A stretch of 64,000 nt of DNA. Source: a virus (taxonomy: Duplodnaviria; Caudoviricetes). The translations under genes and the position numbers were made by a program. Shown here piece by piece: positions 7,923 to 18,173 of this stretch. The notes beneath the pieces are model-generated. The model was not told the DNA's origin and searched no databases. It worked only from the letters and a program-made list of their open reading frames with translations. Numbering within the stretch: the first letter of the stretch is position 1; each line of letters opens with the position of its first letter. The stretch spans positions 1 to 64,000 of IMG/VR virus record IMGVR_UViG_3300033075_000275; one strand, 5' to 3'.

Positions 7923-9985
7923 TAGTATTTGATCACGAACTTTACTACTGTATATGGGCTGTAGTTTTCTTGACCAGCCGGGCTGGACCCGCTGCCAGTG
8001 CTTGCCGTAGCACCAGAGATTGTGTGATTATGCGGAAATTGATGAGTATGATTTTCACTGGCATCTGTACTACCAGAATGATTATGTGTTTCTGAGTTGC
8101 TATTTAAAGCATCTCCACTACCACTAGTACCATCATACAAAACAGAGGCCAAGTAGGTACCGCCGCCAGGAATACCACTTAAATCTTTTGGAGTTGTGCT
8201 TGTCCATTTGATAGATACGTGTGAGTGACTTCCGCCAGTTAGACTAATAGTATGAGAATGCGCCCCCGCCCCAGTTGTTGTCGGCTCTCCGCCGCCCTGG
8301 CCTATTGCTGAGTTTACAAGTGTGCCGGGTGCGTGCGTATGTCCGACCATTGCCGCAGACCCGCCGGTTTTTCCTATAGCATCAAATTCAGTGATTGAGC
8401 CATTGATACCAACTGGCATCTTTGCTCGCATGTCTGGTACATTGAAGTGAGTGCCATCGACAGAGCCAAACTGAGTACCTATTGCTGTGAACAAATCTGG
8501 ATAGTCTGCTCTTAACAGTGATGCTCCATTACAATCCAGCCAGCCCGTAGGCGTTCCGGTACCGCACCACATCTGCATGATTCCGGCTGGCAAATCTGAC
8601 GTAACGTATCCAGTAAATAGACTACCGCTTGTTGAAATGCCTATCAGTGCTTCTATAGTTGTTACGGTAATTGTTGCACTTGAAGTTATCAACAGCCTGA
8701 TGATACTGTCGGATGAATCAGCGAACACTCTGGCATATATGTATGGGGCGGTACCATCCAGAGCCACCCTTGTCAGCCTAACCTCGTCATCACAGTCATT
8801 GATCACCGTTCCAGAACTCAACCACGGAAAATCTCCATGGTACAGAACACCATTGATATTCAACTGCATGGTATAGATACCACTATCAGGCATTCTGACA
8901 TCAGTATTGTCTATGATCGTGTACCATGTATCGGGATTAATTGTTGCTATTGATGGCTCTACCAAGAAATATGGATTAGCGCCCTCGCTTCCGTCTACCG
9001 CACTGATCCACTTTTCTGTCCCGGCATCGTATTTCAGCACATCACCGTTTGTAGGTGATGGTATGTTTACGTCTAGTAAATCTTCTAGATACTCTACACC
9101 GCCGCCAGGACTTCCACCGCCACTGATGGTAACGTCAACCCTATTTTGTCCTACATTATCATTAGCGGCAACCGATGTACCGATGAAGTTGATAATTGTT
9201 CTCTGTGCTACATTTACGCCTTCATCCTGTATGATGATGCCACCAGCCGTTGCAGGCAACGTCTGGCCGTATGTCTGCACCGAACCAGACCGTTGATTAA
9301 ACAAGTCAACTATATAAACCTTGTAATAGTAGACTGTATTCTTCAAGGGAGGATCGTCGGTATATCTCGCTGACCCGCCCTGATAAATTCGGTCGGTACC
9401 ATTTTCAAGATCAGGGGTGAAGCCAGACGACGTTCCCCTATATATCTCATAGTATTTGAGGTCATCAATTGTGCCGCCAACGTCTGTCCACGAAATCTCA
9501 ATACCATCGGATACAGTTTTTGTTGTGATATTGGTCACATTTGGGGGAACCGGGTTGGAGGCAGATGATGATACCGGAGTGGAAAGGTTATTGGTTTTGT
9601 CTCTTGCCTGTACGGTGATCAGAGTAAACACACCCGAAGCCTGGCCATTGTGCTGCGACGCATTCTCGGCAAAACTATACGTATATGTATTTGTGGTTGA
9701 GTAAACCTCTACCTGTGTCACTCCGTCATCAAGCGTGATAACATAGTCTTTAAGGTCTGTTATCGGTGTATTGTTAGTGTTCTGTGTGGTCGGGTTCCAG
9801 ATCATAGTCAGGTCTTTTTTGGTGAAGTTGGTGAAAAAGCCTGTGGGACGCTTTGGAATAGTATTGTCTGATGGGGCGGTTATCTGATAGCCGGGGCTCC
9901 ACTCGGAAACGTCATCACCAGCAGTTGACCTTATCTGCAACATGTACTTCTGTCCTGGCTGTAAATCTCTTACAAGATATTCCAT
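7922..9985 (-). CDS. minor tail protein with FN3-like domains and tail collar domain
   Basis: LQPGQKYMLQIRS (FN3); PAGIMQMWCGTGTPTGWLDCNGASL..YPDLFTAIG (collar). Confidence 0.8.
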   Translation of the reverse strand: MEYLVRDLQPGQKYMLQIRSTAGDDVSEWSPGYQITAPSDNTIPKRPTGFFTNFTKKDLTMIWNPTTQNTNNTPITDLKDYVITLDDGVTQVEVYSTTNTYTYSFAENASQHNGQASGVFTLITVQARDKTNNLSTPVSSSASNPVPPNVTNITTKTVSDGIEISWTDVGGTIDDLKYYEIYRGTSSGFTPDLENGTDRIYQGGSARYTDDPPLKNTVYYYKVYIVDLFNQRSGSVQTYGQTLPATAGGIIIQDEGVNVAQRTIINFIGTSVAANDNVGQNRVDVTISGGGSPGGGVEYLEDLLDVNIPSPTNGDVLKYDAGTEKWISAVDGSEGANPYFLVEPSIATINPDTWYTIIDNTDVRMPDSGIYTMQLNINGVLYHGDFPWLSSGTVINDCDDEVRLTRVALDGTAPYIYARVFADSSDSIIRLLITSSATITVTTIEALIGISTSGSLFTGYVTSDLPAGIMQMWCGTGTPTGWLDCNGASLLRADYPDLFTAIGTQFGSVDGTHFNVPDMRAKMPVGINGSITEFDAIGKTGGSAAMVGHTHAPGTLVNSAIGQGGGEPTTTGAGAHSHTISLTGGSHSHVSIKWTSTTPKDLSGIPGGGTYLASVLYDGTSGSGDALNSNSETHNHSGSTDASENHTHQFPHNHTISGATASTGSGSSPAGQENYSPYTVVKFVIKY

Positions 9986-10878
9986 TACACACTATCCACG
10001 TAGTATTCTATTTCAAGCAGCGCCCCGGATTTCTTTTCTATTGGACTCGTCAGTACACTTCTGGAAACCAAGCCGTAGTTTGTACTCTGTGTATCGGTAT
10101 CCTCCACTCGCAACCCATCGAATAATACATTGTCATCCACCGCCTCAAATTCTATTGCGATGATGTTACCCCACGATGGAGTGCCAGTTGCCACAAAACT
10201 ACCCTTGCTAACGCTAAATATGCCATACGATGCTGCAATAGACGTAACGGTGGCAGAGTAGTAGTTGCTGTCATCTGTTATGAATTTAAGGTTCAGGTCT
10301 GACGTGCTGGGTGATTCAAGGCAGGCAGCAATTGTGTCCTGTGGTGAGTACATCGTATAGTCACTTGGTACGCCATACAATCGGTATCTTGTCGAAGCCA
10401 ATAGTTCAACCCGGTCGTCACCTATACGCTGGCCAGTCGTACCAGAGTCAACATTTTCCCAATCTGTTCCAGTCCATATACTCCACGACTCCGACGTTTC
10501 TCCATATGAGGTAATCTGAGAACCACCATTGCCAGCATCGCTGTTCGTAACCGCCGAAAATATCCCGACCTCGTATATCCAACCAACTACAGACTGATCA
10601 ACCGATGACTTAATGACGATTTTATTGGGAGTTGGTGATGTATTGAATTCTGCCACCTTGCTTGAAATAGGAGCGCGATAGAACTCAAAATCTAACTTGG
10701 CATCTGTAACGGCAGCGGTTGTTGCGCCTACACCTATGGCAAATGCCCCAGCCCACTCACCGATGGTACCAGCCATATATGACGCTATGATGTCTTTCCC
10801 GGCATTAGTTATGACGTTCTTCGACCTGGCTATTTCTTCACCATCGAGTTTGAATACGTATGTTCCAGATGTAATCAC
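9985..10878 (-). CDS. minor tail protein
   Basis: KNVITNAGKDII..IGVG..TDAKLDFE N-terminus typical of tail proteins; position. Confidence 0.65.
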   Translation of the reverse strand: MITSGTYVFKLDGEEIARSKNVITNAGKDIIASYMAGTIGEWAGAFAIGVGATTAAVTDAKLDFEFYRAPISSKVAEFNTSPTPNKIVIKSSVDQSVVGWIYEVGIFSAVTNSDAGNGGSQITSYGETSESWSIWTGTDWENVDSGTTGQRIGDDRVELLASTRYRLYGVPSDYTMYSPQDTIAACLESPSTSDLNLKFITDDSNYYSATVTSIAASYGIFSVSKGSFVATGTPSWGNIIAIEFEAVDDNVLFDGLRVEDTDTQSTNYGLVSRSVLTSPIEKKSGALLEIEYYVDSV

Positions 10879-10917
10879 GCTTGAATTATACCATTTATCG
10901 AGATAAAGTCCAAGGTA

Positions 10918-11664
10918 CTAGTCACCGCCACCGCCGCCGGGCGCTATATATGGAGGATCAGGTTTTGGAGTCACGCTTATGTCTATCAAAGACCATGGTA
11001 GTTCTGAGTACGAATATATAAAGAACTTGTCGGTTAGCGCATCAACAACATATAACTCGTAAAACTTCACCTCTGCTATTGCTTCTTTGATACCAGCACT
11101 ACCAGTCACAGAATCAAAATATCTTACAACTGGATCGGGGTGCGGATCGCCCCAGGTTGGATACGGATATACTCCATAGTAAAAAGTATTGGCGTCAGCA
11201 GACGTTATTCTCATTGTTACATCATAGTATTTGTATCCAGCAGGGATGAGGTTGACTGTGACGACATATTTATATGCGAGTGGCCCGGCAGGAATCTCTG
11301 TGGACGTTGCATCACTGGCGTCTGTTGACGGGTCGGTTATATCAAGTACGCTATTGTTAACATTATAGGTTGTTACTGCATGAATTCCAACAACAGGGGG
11401 TTCTATTTCCACCCCCGTCTCATTTACTGGAACAACTCTAATCTCATAGTCATCAGACAAGTCTTTTGGATCAAAGGCAATAGTTACTTGTGCGGCGCGA
11501 GTGCCCTCATCGCTATATGTCAAACGCTCATTAGCAACAGTCATTGGCCACGGATACGCTAGTTCTACATTACCAACAAAATCATCAGCCGGGTCCGGTT
11601 TATGCAGATGCTCTTTGAGTTCTTTAATAGAGGATTCTGTCCATACTATCCTGTCAGCATCCAT
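10918..11664 (-). CDS. minor tail protein, paralog C (shared N-terminal domain)
   Basis: ATG at 11664 overlaps upstream TGA; IVWTESSIKELK..YPWP..FDP..DYEIR. Confidence 0.65.
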   Translation of the reverse strand: MDADRIVWTESSIKELKEHLHKPDPADDFVGNVELAYPWPMTVANERLTYSDEGTRAAQVTIAFDPKDLSDDYEIRVVPVNETGVEIEPPVVGIHAVTTYNVNNSVLDITDPSTDASDATSTEIPAGPLAYKYVVTVNLIPAGYKYYDVTMRITSADANTFYYGVYPYPTWGDPHPDPVVRYFDSVTGSAGIKEAIAEVKFYELYVVDALTDKFFIYSYSELPWSLIDISVTPKPDPPYIAPGGGGGD

Positions 11665-13817
11665 CAGCCACCACCGCCCGGCGCGGGCGGTCCAGCAATG
11701 GCAGAGCCCTCCGCCCATGCTCCTTTACCAACAGAGTTAACAGCACGAACCCGAACCGTATACTCCATATATGGAATAGCACCATAAAGATAGTACCAGT
11801 TTTCTTCTACTTTAATAATCTCTCCACCGTTAATCTGAACTTCATAGTACAGGACCGGCTCACCAGAATTAGTCGGTGGTCCCGATGTATTGTCTGGTGG
11901 CGTCCAATATGCATATATAGCCTCAGAACCAGACGTTACACTAAGCGAAACTCTTTCTGGTAACGGTTTGCCTATATCGCTACCCAAATATGTTTTAAAG
12001 ACTCTACGGAAATCAGTTAGGACCTCAAACTCAACATAAGTTCTAATATTAATACCATTCTCCGTGTGTGCTTCTTCCAATGCTCTAAAAACCTCAACGG
12101 CGTCACCGTATGCTGGCTGGCTTGGCAGTTCAGCGCCCTGTGTACCAGGAAACAGTCCGAATACAATGGAATATAGACCAGACCCCTCCCTGGCAGATGT
12201 TGAATACTGATCACCAAGATATTCCGATCCACCAGTATTCTCTAGATCATCCTGTGCGCTTAAAAATATTTGTTTTAGATTTGTTGCCGTGACCCACCCA
12301 TTATATGAATAATCAACATCATTACTGGAATTGTCGTAGTCCATAATGGCGTAGACACCATCATTAGATGCATCTGCAAATGCAGTATGAGTATCCTCGC
12401 CATCAACTATTGCTGGAACACCAAGATTACTTACTCCATATCCACCATTAGCCTCTATACCGGGATCACTACCACCAGGCCCAAAAATTTGTATTCTAGC
12501 AGTGCTACCATCCCAGCCGTAATCCTCCGGTGACATGGGACCGAGATCATATAGAATGACTCGTTTTAATCGTATCTTTGGCACGACTGTTCCACCAACA
12601 AGCGCAAATGTATTATTTGGCTCGCTCCATTCTATCTCGCCAGCCACATTATGCCCCTGACTCGTAGAAACATCGTCTCCATTAGCATTGTGATACGGTG
12701 CGAAACTGTCTATAAAACTTCTGATCATTTGATGCTGCTTGAATAGAATTTCGTGAGGATTATATGTTTTACACATACCTCCGCCGGATGCAGTTATCGT
12801 AACTTGTATTCTGCCAAATTGCTCATAATCTGATAATTCCCAATGTCTACTGAACCTAAGATCAAGACCCCACGATCCACCAAAGTTTCTACCTACTGTT
12901 TTCAGTCCGCTAGGCCCTGGGTTGGCACCCGGCGGACCACTTGATCCATGATAGTAGTCTACATGTAGAGATGGATACCCATACGTTCCAATATCAATAT
13001 CAAAATCAATGTTATATCCACCAATAATAGCCAATTTACCGGCTATTTGATTTGCTAATAGTGGAGAACTATTTACGGAGTTAATGAGGTCTTGGTCACA
13101 TTCTGGGATTTCTTCTGATTCTGGATCAAGAATACCAGTGTCACTAGCAGCAGATAAATCATACGTTTTAAACGCTGGCTTTGCCAATCCAGTACATCCT
13201 TCTGCTGTAGGCCCGCCACACTCTGATGCATTCATGAATCCACTGATAATATCTACCTTAGATGATCCAGATACAGATAAAGATGGAGGATTATATATCG
13301 TTAGCGAAGAAAAACCAAAATATGGCTCAGTCCACAAAGATTCGGGCCAACTATAAAAATTCCACCCAGCAGCAGCAGCCACGCTCTGTAAATTATCACC
13401 CATATATGCTGCATAGTAATATCCATTAACATATGAAACTACACCGTGACCAAGAAAGAATTTAGTATTTGGTACCCGAGTGTTATATCCAGTTAGATAG
13501 TTTTGAGTCCGTGGACCGTATAGATGCATCATATCTCCATACTTCCACCATTTAGTATTGATCAATGGATCAGAAACGGGGGTGATTCTGACTTCATAAT
13601 CCTCTGCGTCGATTACTGGATCAAAACCTATGGTTGACTGTACCTTGCGCTTACCTTCGTCATCCTGTGTGAATTCGTGATCCAATGTTTCAAGAGGCCA
13701 TGGATATCCAAGCAGCCGGGCTAAATCCTCGGTCAGTTCTATCTCACCCAAACGTAGTTGTCGTTTGAGTTCTTCTATTGCTGCCTCAGTCCACTTGATT
13801 TCATCTGAATTATACAT
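11664..13817 (-). CDS. minor tail protein, paralog B, C-terminal FN3 domain
   Basis: IKWTEAAIEELK..YPWP..FDP..DYEVR; C-terminal YMEYTVRVRAVNSVGKG FN3 motif. Confidence 0.7.
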   Translation of the reverse strand: MYNSDEIKWTEAAIEELKRQLRLGEIELTEDLARLLGYPWPLETLDHEFTQDDEGKRKVQSTIGFDPVIDAEDYEVRITPVSDPLINTKWWKYGDMMHLYGPRTQNYLTGYNTRVPNTKFFLGHGVVSYVNGYYYAAYMGDNLQSVAAAAGWNFYSWPESLWTEPYFGFSSLTIYNPPSLSVSGSSKVDIISGFMNASECGGPTAEGCTGLAKPAFKTYDLSAASDTGILDPESEEIPECDQDLINSVNSSPLLANQIAGKLAIIGGYNIDFDIDIGTYGYPSLHVDYYHGSSGPPGANPGPSGLKTVGRNFGGSWGLDLRFSRHWELSDYEQFGRIQVTITASGGGMCKTYNPHEILFKQHQMIRSFIDSFAPYHNANGDDVSTSQGHNVAGEIEWSEPNNTFALVGGTVVPKIRLKRVILYDLGPMSPEDYGWDGSTARIQIFGPGGSDPGIEANGGYGVSNLGVPAIVDGEDTHTAFADASNDGVYAIMDYDNSSNDVDYSYNGWVTATNLKQIFLSAQDDLENTGGSEYLGDQYSTSAREGSGLYSIVFGLFPGTQGAELPSQPAYGDAVEVFRALEEAHTENGINIRTYVEFEVLTDFRRVFKTYLGSDIGKPLPERVSLSVTSGSEAIYAYWTPPDNTSGPPTNSGEPVLYYEVQINGGEIIKVEENWYYLYGAIPYMEYTVRVRAVNSVGKGAWAEGSAIAGPPAPGGGG

Positions 13818-14569
13818 TATGATCCAATCGTCCCACCCTCAGAGTATTCTAGTGACCACGGACCAAATGCCTGCGCGGCAGTCTCAAACGCGCGGGCGCG
13901 ACCCTTTTTTAGCCATAAAAGGCCCTCTACGTCAAGCAGAGTGTTATGATCTATAAGTATCTCCACGGTATATTCTGCATAACTTAAATTAGTTACACGT
14001 GTGACCGTACTTGATACATACGACAGTGTAACGGGCACCCCCTGAAATTCTACCGAACCCGTAAACAGCGTTACAGTTGATGAACCCTCTATATACTCAC
14101 CATCGGCGTCAACATCAAACGATGCATCAATCCATTTAATAAACGGCTCCGCCTCATCAAACAATTTATACTCAGCGTAATACTCATACTTTGATGCTTT
14201 TTTGTAATCCGCCTCATCAATAAAAATGTGATATTCCATCCTGTATGTGTCAGAATCTTCCTGCCACATCTTAAACCAACGCACGGACGGCTGTATGGTT
14301 GCTTGCGGAAGCGGTGGCTCTTCTATTGGAACAAGACGAATCTCATAATCCTCCGCCCCAAAAACCTCATCGAATGCTATTGTGCCATGCACCCAGGCAT
14401 CACCATCAATACCTGTTATCGCCTGATAGTTTGTTACGCTCAGTGGCCATGGATAGTCTAGTGTCAACTGAGGCGACTCTACATCATGATCATGCTCTGG
14501 CTCAGCCAGTTGATCACGTAGTTCTTTTATAGCCGCCTCGGTCCATACTATTCTGTCTGATCTTGTCAT
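13817..14569 (-). CDS. minor tail protein, paralog A
   Basis: ATG 14569 overlaps upstream TGA; IVWTEAAIKELR..YPWP..FDE..DYEIR. Confidence 0.65.
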   Translation of the reverse strand: MTRSDRIVWTEAAIKELRDQLAEPEHDHDVESPQLTLDYPWPLSVTNYQAITGIDGDAWVHGTIAFDEVFGAEDYEIRLVPIEEPPLPQATIQPSVRWFKMWQEDSDTYRMEYHIFIDEADYKKASKYEYYAEYKLFDEAEPFIKWIDASFDVDADGEYIEGSSTVTLFTGSVEFQGVPVTLSYVSSTVTRVTNLSYAEYTVEILIDHNTLLDVEGLLWLKKGRARAFETAAQAFGPWSLEYSEGGTIGS

Positions 14570-17500
14570 AGTTCCACGCATTCTATCTGTGTTACAAGGC
14601 CCTGGTCGAAGGACTGTTTTACAGATGTCACCACAGCATTACGTGCAAGTCCAATTCTGTCAAACTTCAAGTACACCTGATCGCCCGGCTCTAACAACGG
14701 ATTGGAGAATACTCGCATCGAATGCTTACGCAACCTCTGCCCGGCTCTGTCAACTATCCACTGACAGATATGCTCTGACGTTTCGCGTGACGTAATCCAC
14801 TGATTACTTATCTCCAACTTCTTTTCACCGAACTCACCCAGGGAAGTCTTGTTTTCCTTGGATACTTCTATTTCCTCATACTGCTCAACGATGACACCGC
14901 TAATCAGTGGATAGAGTCCAGAGTCCGTCTCGGACAGAATTACGGGGATTTGTCCAAGATTAGTGACGCGAATACTCGCTCCGAATGGAGTCACATTGTC
15001 TAGGGCGGCGGCTATGTCATATGTCTTTGCCACAAATATAGAACGTACTACCTTACCAGTTGAATCCTTTTTCTCTGCAACATCAATGGTATCTCGGCCT
15101 CCCTTTTTAGGATCATCAACCCCATTGACAGTTGGGAACCAGTAATAACTTATGGCAGGATACTTTGAGAATCGCACATCAGCAACATACACCTCTTTGG
15201 CAACATCATCAAAGTTTTCTACGAATGAAATCTTCTTCGTTCTCAACGCAGTACGGCCTCGCAGCAATATCTCAATAATATCTTTCATGGTTCCTCCATG
15301 AGTAGAGTCAAACTGTAGTCCATATCCTGTAACAGCAAGATAGTTGAATCGTACATTGCTCCGCCCGGTCGCTGCGATGGATACGGCTGTTCCCGGCGTA
15401 ACGCTGTCAAGCAAATCAATGTGACCTATCTCAGTTCCATTTATCTTGATTCTGAACTGTCTATAACTTGGCAGGGTCGGGTGTATCTTTGTGTAAACGC
15501 TGACTCTATAGGGATCGCCCTCTTTTATCGAACAATCGAGGAACCCGCCTAGATTACGCTGTATTACTCCGTTCACGACCGGCATCACTGCAATCTCCTT
15601 GCTAGCCACCTTAGATGACGATATTTCCAGATAGTAACCACTTTGTACTACATTTTGTGCATCTATTGTGGCGAACATCACAATACCGCCCGAACGCTGC
15701 TTTGATGTTCCAGACAGTAACGTTATCTCGGTTGCAAACTGAGAATATGTTGAGTCAAACACCTTGCTAGCAGCGACCAAGCCCTTCGGGCTGGCTATCG
15801 GACAGTTGATATTCATATAGTAGTCTGCGTTACGTCCGGGCGTAGAAGTTATAGAGAAGTATTTACGGATAGAGGCTGGGTATTCGAACGAATCATGTGC
15901 ATTGCCATGCGCTGCCGGGCGGGTCAACAATGCACCGCGCGTCAGATTCTCAACCCTACCAGTGAAATTGACAGTACCATTGGCATCGGAGTACACTTCT
16001 GATAACTGCTGCTTACTCTTAACCGTTACAGTTTTATATGCACCCGTTGCTAGACTCAAATACTGATACTGCATCCCATCAAACTTTATGCACTCCTGAT
16101 CGTACATCATATATCCAGAAAACGACCCCCAGCGAGAACTGCTCAACGCCGTGCTGTCTATGTACATATATGTCTGTGTGTCATCCATCGCCTGAGTCAC
16201 GCGGGCTGCGCCCAGCAATACAGGGTTTTCTGGTGAGTACAACACACGATCAGCCATTCTGGAATAGGCAACGGTTGATGTGTTCTTGTACTGTCCTTCA
16301 TCCGGGTCATTGCTGCGACTCGGCTTCATCGGCTTGAATTTCATTATCGCCTTGTTTACGACTTCCAGGGGCTCCGCCTCATGCTCTTCAATATTCGCTA
16401 GAACCGCACCCTCCGTCTGTCCGTAGAAATCCCATTGAGACGAGAATGTTCTGTCATACAGATATTCTTTCGACATGATGTTCAACTTACCATAATTGTC
16501 GAATGTCACGGCGCATTGATATCCACGACATATCTCTTTTATACATTCCCAAACATTCTGCTGCGATGTAGTCCAGTACCAGTCAATTATCTGTTCAGGA
16601 ATATCCTGTACTGTTTTGATCACAACGTCATTGAATCCCACCGAGTCAAGGATACGCCATATGGCGGCTGTCGGGGTGGTCTTTGTCAGCAGCATATCCG
16701 GCGCCTGTATGCTTTGGAATTCCAGCGAGTAGTCAAACATGGATAGCGTAATCGCATCACCATCACCAGTTGAGTGCGAGTCTACATACATATCCATATC
16801 ATAGATAGTCTCATTGTTCACCACTGATGTTACTACCACGTTGGCCCAGCGCCTAGTCAGTATATTCAACGATCCAGAATCGTTGAATGCATAGTCGGTA
16901 TTGTCTAGTAGAACCTCACCATTGTTGGCGCTCACTGTTCCAAGTGGGGTCAGCGCATCATCTTCTGCAAGGTTATTGGTTGTACTCCATGAAATAAGTC
17001 TACTTGTTACATCAACAACTAGACGAGGTGAAACCTCGATAATCGCCGGATAGTGACCCTGTGTCATTGAATCGACAGAGAATCTGATTCCAGTTATCTG
17101 AATGGCATCACTTATAGCAAATGTTGTTGGTGGCGTTGTAGACCATGTGTTGTTCTTTCTATAGTAAACAATACGACCGTCTGCATCCGGCGCCGTCTCA
17201 CATAATAGATTCCAGTCTCCAAGCGTATCCCTATACTCGATATACACAGATAGCGGCTTATCGAGTGTTGCTTCGAACAACATGTAGAACTTGTTGGTAG
17301 AAACTGGTGCGTCATATGTCATCTCAACATATGGAGACTGTACCGCCGCCGCAAAATATTCGTATCTATCTTCTGATCCCACAACGTAGAGTCTTGGTAT
17401 CAGGGTCCATCCATCTATTGATGAGTTGTATGTTGCACACAGATTAACATTGTTTGCTCTTGACTGGCTCCACCATTTACCATTGATATTACCACTATAA

Positions 17501-17748
17501 TTCCTGGCACGGGGCTTCACAATTCCGGCCCGGCGGGGGCGATGAGGCTTCACTATGTTGTCTACGTTGAACTTTGCCTCAAAATATTCCTGTTCTTCAA
17601 TGTCCGCCGTTCCATAGATATCAGCCTTGTTGCCGAATGAAGAAACCGTCAGATATCTGTTCATGTTCAACTCGACCACAGCCTTGTTCGTCATATTGAC
17701 AACGTGGTTTTGTTTCACATAGTTCTTGGTTGCGGTTAAACCTCTCAT
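14566..17748 (-). CDS. large minor tail / baseplate hub (Tal-like) protein
   Basis: 1060 aa, two genes after tape measure; hub-like C-terminus (VFSNPLLEPGDQV..VVTSVKQSF). Confidence 0.7.
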   Translation of the reverse strand: MRGLTATKNYVKQNHVVNMTNKAVVELNMNRYLTVSSFGNKADIYGTADIEEQEYFEAKFNVDNIVKPHRPRRAGIVKPRARNYSGNINGKWWSQSRANNVNLCATYNSSIDGWTLIPRLYVVGSEDRYEYFAAAVQSPYVEMTYDAPVSTNKFYMLFEATLDKPLSVYIEYRDTLGDWNLLCETAPDADGRIVYYRKNNTWSTTPPTTFAISDAIQITGIRFSVDSMTQGHYPAIIEVSPRLVVDVTSRLISWSTTNNLAEDDALTPLGTVSANNGEVLLDNTDYAFNDSGSLNILTRRWANVVVTSVVNNETIYDMDMYVDSHSTGDGDAITLSMFDYSLEFQSIQAPDMLLTKTTPTAAIWRILDSVGFNDVVIKTVQDIPEQIIDWYWTTSQQNVWECIKEICRGYQCAVTFDNYGKLNIMSKEYLYDRTFSSQWDFYGQTEGAVLANIEEHEAEPLEVVNKAIMKFKPMKPSRSNDPDEGQYKNTSTVAYSRMADRVLYSPENPVLLGAARVTQAMDDTQTYMYIDSTALSSSRWGSFSGYMMYDQECIKFDGMQYQYLSLATGAYKTVTVKSKQQLSEVYSDANGTVNFTGRVENLTRGALLTRPAAHGNAHDSFEYPASIRKYFSITSTPGRNADYYMNINCPIASPKGLVAASKVFDSTYSQFATEITLLSGTSKQRSGGIVMFATIDAQNVVQSGYYLEISSSKVASKEIAVMPVVNGVIQRNLGGFLDCSIKEGDPYRVSVYTKIHPTLPSYRQFRIKINGTEIGHIDLLDSVTPGTAVSIAATGRSNVRFNYLAVTGYGLQFDSTHGGTMKDIIEILLRGRTALRTKKISFVENFDDVAKEVYVADVRFSKYPAISYYWFPTVNGVDDPKKGGRDTIDVAEKKDSTGKVVRSIFVAKTYDIAAALDNVTPFGASIRVTNLGQIPVILSETDSGLYPLISGVIVEQYEEIEVSKENKTSLGEFGEKKLEISNQWITSRETSEHICQWIVDRAGQRLRKHSMRVFSNPLLEPGDQVYLKFDRIGLARNAVVTSVKQSFDQGLVTQIECVEL

Positions 17749-18173
17749 TAGACCTCTTCTAACTCTAGGGATACGTTCACAAGGTCGAACCCGGCTGGAT
17801 GGTCAGATCGCTTTAGCACTACATATGAAAATGAAGAAATCATGCATGACTTGGTTATGCTGGTCCCGCCTCCGGGCTGGTCATATGTCAGAACTACAGT
17901 CACAACACCCGTGCTATTCTCATAGATATACTTGATATATCTAGCACCCTTGGCGCCATTGGCGGCATCAACGACATACGAGTCGTTACTAGGAAGATTC
18001 TCCCACGACACTGATATGCGCTCTTTTGTGGCAATGACATTCTTGCGTAGAGTCCCGTCTATCATCCGGCGCTTGTTCTCTATACGCTCTGGCGATATCT
18101 CTATTTCTGAACGATTATGCTCTGTGAGTTTAGTGCCACCGATTGTTATGGCTGTACCACGGGGCAGATACAT
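17748..18173 (-). CDS. distal tail (Dit-like) protein
   Basis: Immediately follows tape measure; RRMIDGTLRK motif; 141 aa. Confidence 0.6.
   Translation of the reverse strand: MYLPRGTAITIGGTKLTEHNRSEIEISPERIENKRRMIDGTLRKNVIATKERISVSWENLPSNDSYVVDAANGAKGARYIKYIYENSTGVVTVVLTYDQPGGGTSITKSCMISSFSYVVLKRSDHPAGFDLVNVSLELEEV

Noticed and set aside
3225-9985. Diversity-generating retroelement target in fibre C-termini
   Set aside because: No reverse transcriptase and no near-identical template/variable repeat pair seen in the window.
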